Source: Cyclobacteriaceae bacterium
Lineage (GTDB): Bacteria; Bacteroidota; Bacteroidia; Cytophagales; Cyclobacteriaceae
Assembly: GCA_965267415.1 (NCBI GenBank)
Contig: OZ253955.1
Span: 3,390,902-3,454,901, forward strand
DNA length: 64,000 bases
Direction: 5' to 3'
The notes beneath the pieces were generated by a model. It was not told the origin of the DNA. It saw only the letters and a program-made list of their open reading frames with translations, and ran no database searches. The position numbers and the translations under genes were made by a program. Below, piece after piece: positions 1-9,870 of this stretch. Position 1 is the stretch's first letter, and each line of letters starts with the position of its first letter.

Positions 1-1147
1 CTTGCGCATTCTGAATATCTGTGGCGATGTATCGAATGACAGAATACCTGACATCTTCCGGACTCCATTCAGGATCTTCTTCTTTGGAAGGGGGGTCCTT
101 GGCCAGAATGGCATTCTTAAGGCCTGCTTTTTCGAATGCTGTTTGCCAGTCCTCAACCCCTTGTTTGATATAAGGTCGCCATTTTTCAGGAGTAGCAGGA
201 TCGATGTAATAAACGATTGGCTTTACTGGCTCGACTGCTTCTCCTCGATTATAGGCCGCCCAATCGCTTGGTTCAAGCCTCCACCTCGTGATGAATCTTC
301 TTCTGGCTGCCTTTTGTTCGTCAGCACTGTAATCCACTTGTTGAAGAGAAAAGAATCCCACACGCTCGTCATGGTACCTTGGGATCATGGGTTCTTCAGG
401 TAGCAAGATCATGGACTGATTCATCTCTACTGAAAGTGTACCTGTAAGTTGGTTAGCAGGTAACTCGTCACCTCTATAGGTCAGAATATGCCGCACTTCC
501 ACATTTTGAGGAAAGGACCTGACGGAAGTGATCAGCGAACGTGACTTGTCTATCCCTTTGATCTTGAAGCGTTTTCTTTCCGCATCTCTCAATGCCCCGA
601 TCATGGGAATATCATCAGAGAAAAATGAGTTGACCTTGAAAACATAGGAGGCCGAATCTGCAGTGATGGTCTCAATGTCAAAAGTGGAGATTAGCGGTTC
701 GAAATTGTTGTTCCTTACGGAGGTATAAATGGGCTCGTTTTCATCAGCTACATTGTTGTAGGAAACGGATCGCATGAGAATTTTCTTTCCATTTTTCTGA
801 AAACGAATGACTTGTTGCGGCCTTGACTTCATGCCTGCTCCTCCGAAATTCAGTCCCTTCACATGGCCGGAGATCCTTGAAACGATCAGTATCTCTTTTT
901 CCAGCAATTCATCATCGATCTCGAAGTAGAAATCATCACCCACCCGATGTGAAGTGATGAGCCCATCATCTGTAATGGCTTCATCTGTAATTACATCATT
1001 GTAATCTTTTAGGTCTCCCTTTTTCTTTTTTGGCGGTTCGGGTTGCTCTGTTTCAGCGTCCTTTTTCTTTTTCTTTCGCTGGGCCAAAGTTTCCATTGAC
1101 AGGCTGGTAGACAATATGATCAGGCAGAGTATGAATATCCTTTTCAT
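1..1147 (-). CDS. Zinc-dependent metalloprotease, DUF5118/DUF5117/EcxA-like family (N-terminal part; runs off the left edge; missing from the ORF track)
   Basis: Manual translation from ATG 1147: MKRIFILCLIILSTSLSMETLAQRKKKKK...LITSHRVGDDFYFEI...RFITRWRLEP...KPIVYYIDPATPEKWRPYIKQGVEDWQTAFEKAG...EDVRYSVIRY. Signal peptide; open to the window edge. Confidence 0.88.
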   Translation of the reverse strand, partial: MKRIFILCLIILSTSLSMETLAQRKKKKKDAETEQPEPPKKKKGDLKDYNDVITDEAITDDGLITSHRVGDDFYFEIDDELLEKEILIVSRISGHVKGLNFGGAGMKSRPQQVIRFQKNGKKILMRSVSYNNVADENEPIYTSVRNNNFEPLISTFDIETITADSASYVFKVNSFFSDDIPMIGALRDAERKRFKIKGIDKSRSLITSVRSFPQNVEVRHILTYRGDELPANQLTGTLSVEMNQSMILLPEEPMIPRYHDERVGFFSLQQVDYSADEQKAARRRFITRWRLEPSDWAAYNRGEAVEPVKPIVYYIDPATPEKWRPYIKQGVEDWQTAFEKAGLKNAILAKDPPSKEEDPEWSPEDVRYSVIRYIATDIQNAQ

Positions 1148-1265
1148 GATAGTAATGAATTTTATGCGGCCAGCAACTTAACCAATTGCCCTGATCTTTC
1201 AATTAGTGTTTATTTAAACGGTATGAATTTCAAGTCAGTAATGGCGTAAGCAAAAACTTGCGTAT

Positions 1266-1303
1266 AAACAAAGAAGCAGGTCTGCCCGGATGCAAACCTG
1301 CTT
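1266..1303 (-). terminator. Intrinsic terminator after dcp
   Basis: Stem AAGCAGGT(1274-1281)/ACCTGCTT(1296-1303) with an inner TGC/GCA pair, followed by a U-rich tract on the minus strand. Confidence 0.7.
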
Positions 1304-1323
1304 AAAAATCGTTTGTGAATAAT

Positions 1324-3432
1324 CTAGTTAAAACCTCTTCTGGTCAGGATCGCTTCAAATTCCGGCTCTCTTCCTCTGAAGTTGACATACATCTCCATGG
1401 CATCCATTGTCCCACCCTTCGAGAGAATGTTTTCCCGATAAGCATCGGCTGTGGCTTTGTCGAAAAGGCCATTTTCCTTGAAAGCACCAAAAGCATCAGC
1501 ATCCATTACTTCTGAATTCAGGTAGCTATAGTAGCCAGCAGAATAGCCACTTGCGAAGATGTGACGGAAATACCCGGTCCGGTATCGAGGTACGATCGCA
1601 TCGATCAAGCCGATCTTATCCATAGCAGCATTCTCAAACTCATTGATGTTGCCACTGATGGGTTCAGTAATCGTGTGGTAAGCCAGGTCAAGGTAAGAAG
1701 CTGCCATGTATTCGACTGTCGCAAAGCCTTGATTGAATTTAGAGGCATTGTTGATCTTCTCCACCAACTCGTTAGGCATCACTTCGCCTGTTTCATAATG
1801 ATATGCGTACAAGGCGAGCATCTCTGGTTCGAAAACCCAGTTTTCCAATACCTGGGATGGGAATTCAACGAAATCCCTTGGAGTAGAGGTGCCTGAGATC
1901 GAAGGATAAGTGCATTCGGATAGAAGCCCATGAAGCGCGTGACCGAACTCATGGAAGAGCGTGGTAGCTTCATCCTGGGAGAGGAGAGAAGGAGTGTCTG
2001 TTGTTGGCTTAGTGAAATTTCCTACATTAACCACGATCGGGATGATATTATCACCATCCATGTTGCTTTGATTGCGGAACGTATTCATCCATGCTCCTCC
2101 ACGTTTGCTGGATCGATAGAACCAATCAGACAAGTAAACCCCAATTAACTCACCGGCTTCATTCTTCACATTATACGTCCTCACATCCTGATGATACTTT
2201 GGAATGTCATTTTGCTCTTCAAAAGTCAAACCGAAAAGCTTGTTAGCCAGAATGAAAGTGCCATTGATCACATTGTCGACCTTTAAGTAAGGTCGGATCT
2301 CTTCTTCATCCAGGTTGTACTTCTGCATCTTTATTTTCTCTGCATAGTACCACCAGTCCCACGGACCAATTTCGATGTTGAGTCCTTCTCCGGAGGCCAT
2401 CCGCTTCATTTCATCACGCTCCTCTTTTGCTCTTTGCAATGCTGCAGGCCAAACCTTATCCAGTAAGTTGTAAACCATGTCCGGAGACTTAAGCATTCGC
2501 TCCTGAAGTACATAGTCAGCCCAGGTTTCATACCCTAGAAGATTGGCTTTGTCCAATCTAAGGTTTGCCATTTCACGGGCAATCTCCTTATTGTCCCACT
2601 CATTGTTATTATCACCACGGTTGATATACCCTTTCTTAAGAGTCATGCGGTGATCCCGGTTGTTTGCATAAGTGATGAAAGGGATCATGCTTGGTTTATG
2701 AGGAGTGAATAGGTTTTTTCCTTCATGCCCTCTATCCATTGCTGCTTCATCAGAAGCTTTGATCACATTTTCCGGCAGCCCGGAAAGATCATCATCGTTA
2801 TCGATCAGTAATTCGAAGCTGTTGTCTTCGTTTAGCACGTTCTCCGAGAATTTTACAGATAAAGCAGAAAGACGACCGTTAAGGTCCCGCATGCTTGATT
2901 TATCCTCATCACTTAAAGCAGCCCCTGCTCTGACGAAAGAAGTGTGGTAGTTCTCCAACAACTTAGCTTGTTCAATGGTCAAACCCAATTCATCCGTTTG
3001 ATCATACAGGGTCTTAACCCGACTGTAGAAATTTGGATTCAGGAAAATGTTGTCATTATGAGCGGAAAGCTTCGGACTGATCACCCTGGCTATTCCCTTC
3101 AGTGAATCATTCGTGTGAGCAGAAGAAAGGTTAAAGAAAACATTTGCAACCTTTGAAAGAAGCGCTCCGGATTTCTCGAAGGCTTCAATGGTGTTTTCAA
3201 ATGTTGGTTCTTCGGAATTATTAGCTATTTCCGTTACCTCGTTGAGCTGTTCGGCCATTCCATCCTCGAAGGCCTGCATGTAATGTTCGTCCTTAATCAG
3301 GTCAAATGGAGGAACGCCATACGGTGTATCCCACTCGGCATAGAATGGATTTCCAGTCTGAGCTTCGTTGTTTGATTGCTCGCAACTCACTGATAAGCAA
3401 ATAATTAAAAGTAAATAGAAAGTCTTTTTCAT
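1324..3432 (-). CDS. dcp: M3 family metallopeptidase (peptidyl-dipeptidase Dcp), lipoprotein
   Basis: HEFGHALH zinc motif, DFVEFPSQ, GYSAGYYSY; lipobox LSVSC. Confidence 0.93.
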   Translation of the reverse strand: MKKTFYLLLIICLSVSCEQSNNEAQTGNPFYAEWDTPYGVPPFDLIKDEHYMQAFEDGMAEQLNEVTEIANNSEEPTFENTIEAFEKSGALLSKVANVFFNLSSAHTNDSLKGIARVISPKLSAHNDNIFLNPNFYSRVKTLYDQTDELGLTIEQAKLLENYHTSFVRAGAALSDEDKSSMRDLNGRLSALSVKFSENVLNEDNSFELLIDNDDDLSGLPENVIKASDEAAMDRGHEGKNLFTPHKPSMIPFITYANNRDHRMTLKKGYINRGDNNNEWDNKEIAREMANLRLDKANLLGYETWADYVLQERMLKSPDMVYNLLDKVWPAALQRAKEERDEMKRMASGEGLNIEIGPWDWWYYAEKIKMQKYNLDEEEIRPYLKVDNVINGTFILANKLFGLTFEEQNDIPKYHQDVRTYNVKNEAGELIGVYLSDWFYRSSKRGGAWMNTFRNQSNMDGDNIIPIVVNVGNFTKPTTDTPSLLSQDEATTLFHEFGHALHGLLSECTYPSISGTSTPRDFVEFPSQVLENWVFEPEMLALYAYHYETGEVMPNELVEKINNASKFNQGFATVEYMAASYLDLAYHTITEPISGNINEFENAAMDKIGLIDAIVPRYRTGYFRHIFASGYSAGYYSYLNSEVMDADAFGAFKENGLFDKATADAYRENILSKGGTMDAMEMYVNFRGREPEFEAILTRRGFN

Positions 3433-3472
3433 GGCTTGGTTATGTTGTCTTTAAAATGGACATACAAGTTAA

Positions 3473-4078
3473 CTATCTACGGATATCTGGCAATTCCCAA
3501 CCATGACGAAAGGCCAAAATCCTAAATGAACAGATAAATAGCACAGTTACAATGATTGTTATGTTCGAATAGACCTGGTAATTATCCAGTAAAATGTAAA
3601 GGACACCACCAGACAGACAGGTCAATGCATAGATCTCTTTTCTAAAAATTAGAGGGATCTCGTTGCAAACGATATCACGAATGACCCCTCCAAATACGGC
3701 AGAGACCATTCCCATCATGATGGCAATAACAGGTTGAACCCCAATGTTCAATGCTTTCTGCAAGCCAAGCACGGTGAATACCGCAATTCCTATGGTGTCG
3801 AACAGAAAGAATGTCCTACGAAGTTTTTGAACAACCCTGTGGATCAGGACCGACAAGGTGATTCCAACAGCTATTGCAATAAGGTAGTTGAGGTCATTCA
3901 TCCATCCTACCGGAGTACTTCCAATGAGAATGTCCCGAAGTGTCCCACCTCCAATGGCAGTAATGAAACCCACTGCGCTTACTCCAAAGAAATCAAGCTT
4001 CTTTTCCGAGGCAGTTAATGACCCACTGATGGCAAAAACCATCGTTCCCAGGATATCTATGACATATAGCAAATTCAC
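3473..4078 (-). CDS. Trimeric intracellular cation channel (TRIC/UPF0126) family membrane protein
   Basis: Duplicated FAISG...TAIGGGTLRD / DTIGIAVF...AVFGGVIRD repeats. Confidence 0.9.
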   Translation of the reverse strand: MNLLYVIDILGTMVFAISGSLTASEKKLDFFGVSAVGFITAIGGGTLRDILIGSTPVGWMNDLNYLIAIAVGITLSVLIHRVVQKLRRTFFLFDTIGIAVFTVLGLQKALNIGVQPVIAIMMGMVSAVFGGVIRDIVCNEIPLIFRKEIYALTCLSGGVLYILLDNYQVYSNITIIVTVLFICSFRILAFRHGWELPDIRR

Positions 4079-4093
4079 CGGACGAAAGTAGAA

Positions 4094-5029
4094 CTATTCT
4101 GTGAGTTGTATGAACTGGATGTTTCTTTGTAGACCCTTGAATTTGGTCCGTTTTACAGGAGACTTTTTGAAAATGGTGTTGAAGACTTCTTCTGTCATGT
4201 CTTCCCATTCACTGTTTTCCAAATGCTCCCATCCCTGGGGTTGGAACTTTGGTTCGTTATGAGGTTTGGCAAACCTGTTCCAGGGGCACACATCCTGACA
4301 TATGTCGCATCCAAAAGCCCACCCCTCCATCTGATTTTTGAATTCACTAGGAAGATCATCCTTTAATTCAATAGTGAGGTAGGAGATACACTTGCTGCCA
4401 TCTACCACATAAGGTTCGGGAATTGCATCCGTTGGACATGCATCCTGGCAGGCGGTACAAGTGCCGCAGTAGTCTTTCATCGGCCCGTCAGGAGTCAACT
4501 CCATATCGATGATCAACTCAGCGAGGAAGAAAAAGCTCCCCATCTCCCGGTTCAGTAATAGACTGTTTTTCCCAATCCATCCAAGCCCGCTTTTTGCTGC
4601 CCAGGCTCGTTCATGAACGGGTGCGGAATCAACAAAAGCCCGACCTTCAACAGCTCCAATTTCTTCGGTTATTTTTCTGGTTAATTCTTTCAGCTTCTTC
4701 TTGATGACGAAGTGATAATCCTGGCCGTAGGCATACTTCGCAATTTTAGGACCATTATTGTGCTCATGTATTTTGGAAGGGAAGTAGTTATAAATAAGTG
4801 AGACAACTGATTTAGCACCAGGCACCAACTTCCTCGGATCTAGTCTTTTATCAAAATTTTGTTCGAGGTACGCCATTTTACCATGGTAGTTGCGCTTGAG
4901 CCATTCTTCAAGCCTTGGAGCCTCTTCTCCCAGAAAATCAGCTTTGGCAATACCGCAGAAATCGAAACCCAGCTCGGTAGCGTATCTCTTCACTTTTTGG
5001 GTGTTTGTCTTAACTATGTCTGGGTCCAT
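4094..5029 (-). CDS. queG: tRNA epoxyqueuosine(34) reductase
   Basis: [13 protein letters not shown] and [12 protein letters not shown] Fe-S motifs; YAYGQDYH; FVDSAPV. Confidence 0.96.
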   Translation of the reverse strand: MDPDIVKTNTQKVKRYATELGFDFCGIAKADFLGEEAPRLEEWLKRNYHGKMAYLEQNFDKRLDPRKLVPGAKSVVSLIYNYFPSKIHEHNNGPKIAKYAYGQDYHFVIKKKLKELTRKITEEIGAVEGRAFVDSAPVHERAWAAKSGLGWIGKNSLLLNREMGSFFFLAELIIDMELTPDGPMKDYCGTCTACQDACPTDAIPEPYVVDGSKCISYLTIELKDDLPSEFKNQMEGWAFGCDICQDVCPWNRFAKPHNEPKFQPQGWEHLENSEWEDMTEEVFNTIFKKSPVKRTKFKGLQRNIQFIQLTE

Positions 5030-5038
5030 CGAATCACC

Positions 5039-5070
5039 TTCGGAAGTGAAGATAATTCATATTACGTTTG
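5039..5070 (+). promoter_or_regulatory. Bacteroidota sigma70-type promoter facing away from queG
   Basis: -7 element TACGTTTG (5063-5070) matches TAnnTTTG; TTCG at 5039-5042 lies 20 nt upstream. Confidence 0.6.
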
Positions 5071-5075
5071 ATCTA

Positions 5076-5169
5076 GAAACCCATAGCCGGAGTTCTAAAC
5101 TTAGATAAAGAGATAATTACCGCTGATAGTAGGGACCGATGGCCTGTCTGGAATGACAGGCCTTTTTTT
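5076..5169 (+). ncRNA. Candidate small RNA (~90 nt), opposite strand to both neighbours
   Basis: Lies between a consensus promoter and a plus-strand intrinsic terminator; no usable ORF; both flanking genes are on the minus strand. The 5' end is estimated. Confidence 0.55.
5141..5169 (+). terminator. Intrinsic terminator oriented for a plus-strand transcript
   Basis: GGCCTGTC-TGGAAT-GACAGGCC-TTTTTTT; no U-tract on the minus side. Confidence 0.85.
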
Positions 5170-5180
5170 ATTCTCTACGC

Positions 5181-6206
5181 CTAAAACAAGGTGCCTGATT
5201 GCCGGGGCGGAATAATGTTCAAATGCGTGTAAGCCAGCTCTGTCGCTTCCCGTCCACGTGAGGTTCTTTTGATATATCCTTCCTGGATCAGGAAAGGTTC
5301 ATACACTTCTTCGATGGTTTCAGCCTCCTCGCCACAGGCGGTAGCGATCGTACCAATACCTACAGGCCCACCCTTAAATTTGTTTATGATCGTGGAGAGG
5401 ATCCGGTTATCCATTTCGTCTAACCCGTGATCATCAACATTCAAAGCACTCAATGCCATCCTGGCAATTTCCAGGGTGATCGCCCCGTCACCTTTGATTT
5501 GAGCAAAATCCCTGGTTCTCCTCAACAGGTTGTTAGCAATCCGTGGAGTTCCTCTGCTTCTTCGGGCAATTTCGTAAGCAGCTTCTTCATCGATGATGGA
5601 ATTCAGAATATCTGCTGATCGGCCCACAATTGACGTAAGCAATTTTCCGTCGTAATATTCCAGCCTTGAATTTATACCAAAGCGAGCACGCAATGGAGCT
5701 GTCAGGAGACCTGATCGTGTGGTAGCACCAACCAGGGTGAATGGGTTAAGCTCAATTTGAACAGAACGGGCATTGGGCCCGGAATCGAGCATGATATCAA
5801 TGCGATAATCCTCCATGGCCGAGTACAGATACTCCTCAACCACCGGATTCAATCGATGGATCTCGTCAATGAATAGTACATCATGAGCCTCAAGGTTTGT
5901 AAGCAGACCAGCCAGCTCGCCAGCCTTATCAAGCACCGGCCCTGACGTGACCTTGATGTTGGCCCCCAACTCATTGGCGATGATATATGAGAGCGTGGTT
6001 TTGCCTAATCCAGGAGGGCCATGGAGTAGTACGTGATCAAGTGGTTCTGTTCGTTGTTTTGCGGCTTCTACAAATATTTTAAGATTTTCAACCACTTTAT
6101 CCTGACCGACAAAATCAGAAAACGAAAGTGGCCTGAGTGCCTTTTCGATCTCCTTGTCAGTCGAACTCAAACCTTCACTATCAGGCTGTAAGTAGTCTTC
6201 TCTCAT
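5181..6206 (-). CDS. ruvB: Holliday junction branch migration helicase RuvB
   Basis: GPPGLGKTT Walker [23 protein letters not shown]. Confidence 0.98.
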   Translation of the reverse strand: MREDYLQPDSEGLSSTDKEIEKALRPLSFSDFVGQDKVVENLKIFVEAAKQRTEPLDHVLLHGPPGLGKTTLSYIIANELGANIKVTSGPVLDKAGELAGLLTNLEAHDVLFIDEIHRLNPVVEEYLYSAMEDYRIDIMLDSGPNARSVQIELNPFTLVGATTRSGLLTAPLRARFGINSRLEYYDGKLLTSIVGRSADILNSIIDEEAAYEIARRSRGTPRIANNLLRRTRDFAQIKGDGAITLEIARMALSALNVDDHGLDEMDNRILSTIINKFKGGPVGIGTIATACGEEAETIEEVYEPFLIQEGYIKRTSRGREATELAYTHLNIIPPRQSGTLF

Positions 6207-6276
6207 ATCCTTTCCAAATATAGTTGAACCTGAATTTGGAATTGAATTGAATTATCATTGCATTAAATCCTGACCG

Positions 6277-7302
6277 ATGAAAAAGATCCATGTAATCGTT
6301 TTTGTTACAGCGATGCTCCTGGCTTTGATATGGTACCTGAGCAGGATAGGAAATGGAGCGAGCATGCACCACTTCAGTGGCCAAACAATGGGAACGATCA
6401 CTTACAATGTCAAATATGTAGGAGAGTCACTGCCCATTGAGTCAGAGATTGCAGATGTATTAGGTGCATTCAATCAATCACTTTCCACGTACATTCCTGA
6501 TTCAGAGATATCAAAACTCAACTCAAGTGGCAGCCTGAATTACGAGTCTGAATTCTTTTACCCTGTTTTAGCAAAAAGCCGTGAGGTGTATGATGTGACC
6601 GATGGCACGTTTGATCCAAGTATCGGACCATTGATCCGAGCCTGGGGCTTTGGCCCTGAAAAAGACGTTCCAGAACTTGATTCATCACAAGTTGATTCGC
6701 TCAGGAAAATATGCGGGTTTGATCAAGTAACGTTTGATACTGAAAGTGTATCATTTCCTGAAAACTTTCAATTGGACTTTAGTGCCATTGCCAAAGGCTA
6801 TGCAGTTGATCTTGTAGCAGAATTACTTGAAAGTAAAGGGTTAGAGAATTACCTGGTGGAGATAGGAGGTGAAGTGAGGTGTAGAGGGGTTCGTGAAGAT
6901 GGTGAATACTGGTCGCTCGGAATTGAAGATCCGTTAGTTGATCGGAATGAACAGAAGTTGTTGGCCATTGTCGATTTAGCAAATAAATCACTGGCTACAT
7001 CTGGCAATTACAGGAATTACTATGAACGTGATGGCAAGACCTATGCGCACATTATTGATCCAAGAACGGGCTACAACGCCCTTCATAATTTACTCAGCGC
7101 ATCGGTGTTTGCTGATGATTGCATTACAGCAGATGCGTATGCAACAGCGTTTATGGTCTTAGGACTTGAGGAGTCAAAAAAAATCATTGAAGCTGATCCC
7201 GAACTTGATGCTTTGCTTGTGTACAGAAGTGAAGGTGAGGGCCTTGCCAGTTATGTTTCTGCAGGTATTCGGGATTACATTGAACTAAATAAAGCTGAAT
7301 AG
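6277..7302 (+). CDS. apbE: FAD:protein FMN transferase (ApbE family)
   Basis: GQTMGT, DFSAIAKGYAVD, EIGGE, ATSGNYR, HIIDPRTG, ADAYATA. Confidence 0.93.
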   Translation: MKKIHVIVFVTAMLLALIWYLSRIGNGASMHHFSGQTMGTITYNVKYVGESLPIESEIADVLGAFNQSLSTYIPDSEISKLNSSGSLNYESEFFYPVLAKSREVYDVTDGTFDPSIGPLIRAWGFGPEKDVPELDSSQVDSLRKICGFDQVTFDTESVSFPENFQLDFSAIAKGYAVDLVAELLESKGLENYLVEIGGEVRCRGVREDGEYWSLGIEDPLVDRNEQKLLAIVDLANKSLATSGNYRNYYERDGKTYAHIIDPRTGYNALHNLLSASVFADDCITADAYATAFMVLGLEESKKIIEADPELDALLVYRSEGEGLASYVSAGIRDYIELNKAE

Positions 7303-7335
7303 TATTTACATTATTTACCTAAGGTACCGACCTGA

Positions 7336-8049
7336 ATGGTTTTAACAGTTATCGTATTAATTGCAAGCACTTTACTTGGGGGAATCAGTCTCAATTTTTT
7401 TCCATCGCTCAAGAAAAACCTAAGACTCCCATTGATCTTTGCCGGATCTTATTTGTTTGCCATCACCATCATTCATATCATTCCTGAGTTATTCACGATC
7501 AGTGATGCACCTTCCTCTATTGGTTTGTACATTCTTGTTGGCTTTTTCCTACAGCAGCTATTGGAATACTTCTCATCTGGAGTTGAGCATGGACACTTTC
7601 ATGCTGATAAGGCGATATCGCTTTCGGGCCGATCATCGATTGTCGTTGCATTGATCATTCATTCATTGCTGGAAGGTGCACTGCTAACCCATGATTCCCC
7701 TTTTCATGGGAAGCACGAATCCTACTCATTGATCCTTGGAATTATTCTGCACAAAATGCCTGCAGCATTTGCTTTGATGGTAACCATGCAGCATATCGGT
7801 CGAAAGGCCTATTACCTGCTGATCGTTTTCAGTCTTGCTTCACCGGCCGGGATGTTCATGAGCGACTTTTTGATGTTATCAAAAGACGAACTGTTGATTT
7901 TATTTGCAATTGTTTGTGGGAGTTTCTTGCATATCTCGACAACCATTTTTGTTGAGGCTAGCCCGGAACATCACTTTGGCCTTAACAAAATATTGATTTC
8001 GCTAGCGGGAGCGGTATTAGCTATCCTGGTTGAGTTTATGTTCCATTAG
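7336..8049 (+). CDS. ZIP family metal transporter
   Basis: Hydrophobic; EHGHFH loop; HSLLEG and LHKMPAAF metal-site motifs. Confidence 0.88.
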   Translation: MVLTVIVLIASTLLGGISLNFFPSLKKNLRLPLIFAGSYLFAITIIHIIPELFTISDAPSSIGLYILVGFFLQQLLEYFSSGVEHGHFHADKAISLSGRSSIVVALIIHSLLEGALLTHDSPFHGKHESYSLILGIILHKMPAAFALMVTMQHIGRKAYYLLIVFSLASPAGMFMSDFLMLSKDELLILFAIVCGSFLHISTTIFVEASPEHHFGLNKILISLAGAVLAILVEFMFH

Positions 8050-8056
8050 ACAAGGT

Positions 8057-9703
8057 TCAAATATCTTTTTCAACAAGAAGCTTTTCTGTTTCTGATAGAG
8101 GAAAGCTGACACTGAAAATAGTTCCAACATTAGGCGCACTCTCTACTTCTATTTTTCCACCCATTTCTTCTGTCATATACTTACACATAAACAAGCCCAT
8201 TCCCTGGGAGTTACGGTCGCTTAGATCAAGTCGCACTCCTGCTTTGAAAAGCTTGTTTCCATACTTTTTCAAATCTATTCCTTTTCCAAAATCCTTAATC
8301 CGGACAGTTAACTTGTCAGATTTAACGTAGTAGTCGATCTCAATGTCTCCTGCTTCCCCCTCTACTCCAAACTTGATGGCATTGGATATTAAATGATGAA
8401 AAATACTATCTACGTAAATGATAAAGGCCCTTATGTATAATTCAGGAGGTAGGGCATTCTTGATACGGATTCTCTTTTCTGCTATTGCCTGGCGATTGTG
8501 TCTCAACACATTCGCGATGGATGCTGATACGTTGCAATCCTTTTTGATGAAGATCTCATTCTTTCGGTCAAAGTTTATGAGGTTATTGATGTTGTCAACA
8601 CTTGTATTAAGTTTTTGAATAGTAGCATCCAGCGAGTCCAGGAATTCCGTATTGGTAGGGTCTTCCTGGATGAATTCATTCAAAGCAAGAAGATTTGCCA
8701 CCGATGCTCTGATGTTATGAGAGGTAATTTGTGAGAAATCCTTTAATCGTTTGTTTTGAATACTGGTTGTTTCCAATAGCTTGCGGAGCCTGATATGATT
8801 GTTTGCACGCCAGGTGATGTTTACGTACATGTTTGCAAATAATCTGACCGCAGCTATCTCTTCTTCCGTGTATTCTCGAACAGACCTGGTGGTTTCAATT
8901 CCAACAAAGCCAACACAGTTGTTTTCCAGCATCATTGGGACAGTCAGGATGCTCTTGGTCCTACGTGCCTGCAATGAAAGCTTGGATATGCCTTCTTCCA
9001 TTTGGTCTACATCTTTGACATAAACGGTTTTTCCTTCAAAATGACTGTTTACAATATCTATGATTGGTTCTATTGCAATGGTCTTTGGATCGTTTAATAC
9101 TGACTTTACCAATGCGGCACACCATTCATAAGTGACAGCACATTCGTTTTTATTGAAATCATAGTTGTAGATATGGATCCGGTCAACGTTTAGAAAGTCT
9201 CCTAACTCCTCAAGTGTGGATTGAACTGTTTGATCAATGAAGTCCAGGGGCATGTTAATGTACTTCGAAGAAATACTGATCAACAATTTTTGCATCTTGT
9301 ATTGATAGTGAAGCTTTTCTTCAGCTACCTTTTCAGCGGTGATGTCCCTAATGGTTCCGTCGAAGTAAATAGCTCCATCATCGCCAACTACCTTTATCGA
9401 GCTAAGAGATCCATAGAAAGAGGATCCGTCTTTTCGCTTAAACTTGATCTCCCTGTTAATAACAGAGCCGGTTTTGACGAGCTCATTACCCAGCTCCTTT
9501 CTTTGCTTCGCATCATAGTATAATTCGAGTGCACTGTTGTTAAGCACTTCGATGATACTCTCATAGCCAAACATTTTCACAAAGGCCTGATTAACATAAA
9601 CCAGTCCCTGGTTGAAAACACTCCGATAGATTGCCTCATTAACATGTTGGTTTATGCTGGCTATGAGTGATTCTTCTAGTGTATCCCTTGTTTTGGAATA
9701 CAT
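8057..9703 (-). CDS. PAS-GAF sensor histidine kinase (cytoplasmic)
   Basis: PAS (VNQAFVKMFGY...RKDGS...GTIRDIT), GAF (YEWCA...LTVPM...GFVG), H-box SHNIRA, N-box ISNAIKF, DFGKG, GMGL. ATG 9703 preferred over GTG 9778 of the ORF track. Confidence 0.88.
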   Translation of the reverse strand: MYSKTRDTLEESLIASINQHVNEAIYRSVFNQGLVYVNQAFVKMFGYESIIEVLNNSALELYYDAKQRKELGNELVKTGSVINREIKFKRKDGSSFYGSLSSIKVVGDDGAIYFDGTIRDITAEKVAEEKLHYQYKMQKLLISISSKYINMPLDFIDQTVQSTLEELGDFLNVDRIHIYNYDFNKNECAVTYEWCAALVKSVLNDPKTIAIEPIIDIVNSHFEGKTVYVKDVDQMEEGISKLSLQARRTKSILTVPMMLENNCVGFVGIETTRSVREYTEEEIAAVRLFANMYVNITWRANNHIRLRKLLETTSIQNKRLKDFSQITSHNIRASVANLLALNEFIQEDPTNTEFLDSLDATIQKLNTSVDNINNLINFDRKNEIFIKKDCNVSASIANVLRHNRQAIAEKRIRIKNALPPELYIRAFIIYVDSIFHHLISNAIKFGVEGEAGDIEIDYYVKSDKLTVRIKDFGKGIDLKKYGNKLFKAGVRLDLSDRNSQGMGLFMCKYMTEEMGGKIEVESAPNVGTIFSVSFPLSETEKLLVEKDI

Positions 9704-9870
9704 AATTGACTTACCTCCTTCGCTTATGGAGGTTATTGTCTGATTGATTTGACCTTCGTTATCCTTAAGTAATCCCACCGTTCTTGTTGATTATCAAACT
9801 CACTTGGTTTCTTTACTTGGTGGCGAACGGGAGCCATTCGAGTCTTATCGATATGGCTTTAGTGATTTAG

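Noticed and set aside
2-403. Plus-strand 133-aa ORF in the track
   Set aside because: Antisense shadow of the real minus-strand metalloprotease (1-1147).
5080-5115. GGAGTTCTAAAC plus A-rich tail resembling a preQ1-I riboswitch next to queG
   Set aside because: It lies on the strand opposite to queG and has no closing P1 stem; treated as part of the sRNA candidate.
6234-6256. GAATT repeated three or four times between ruvB and apbE
   Set aside because: Short, low-complexity, AT-rich promoter DNA; expected by chance.
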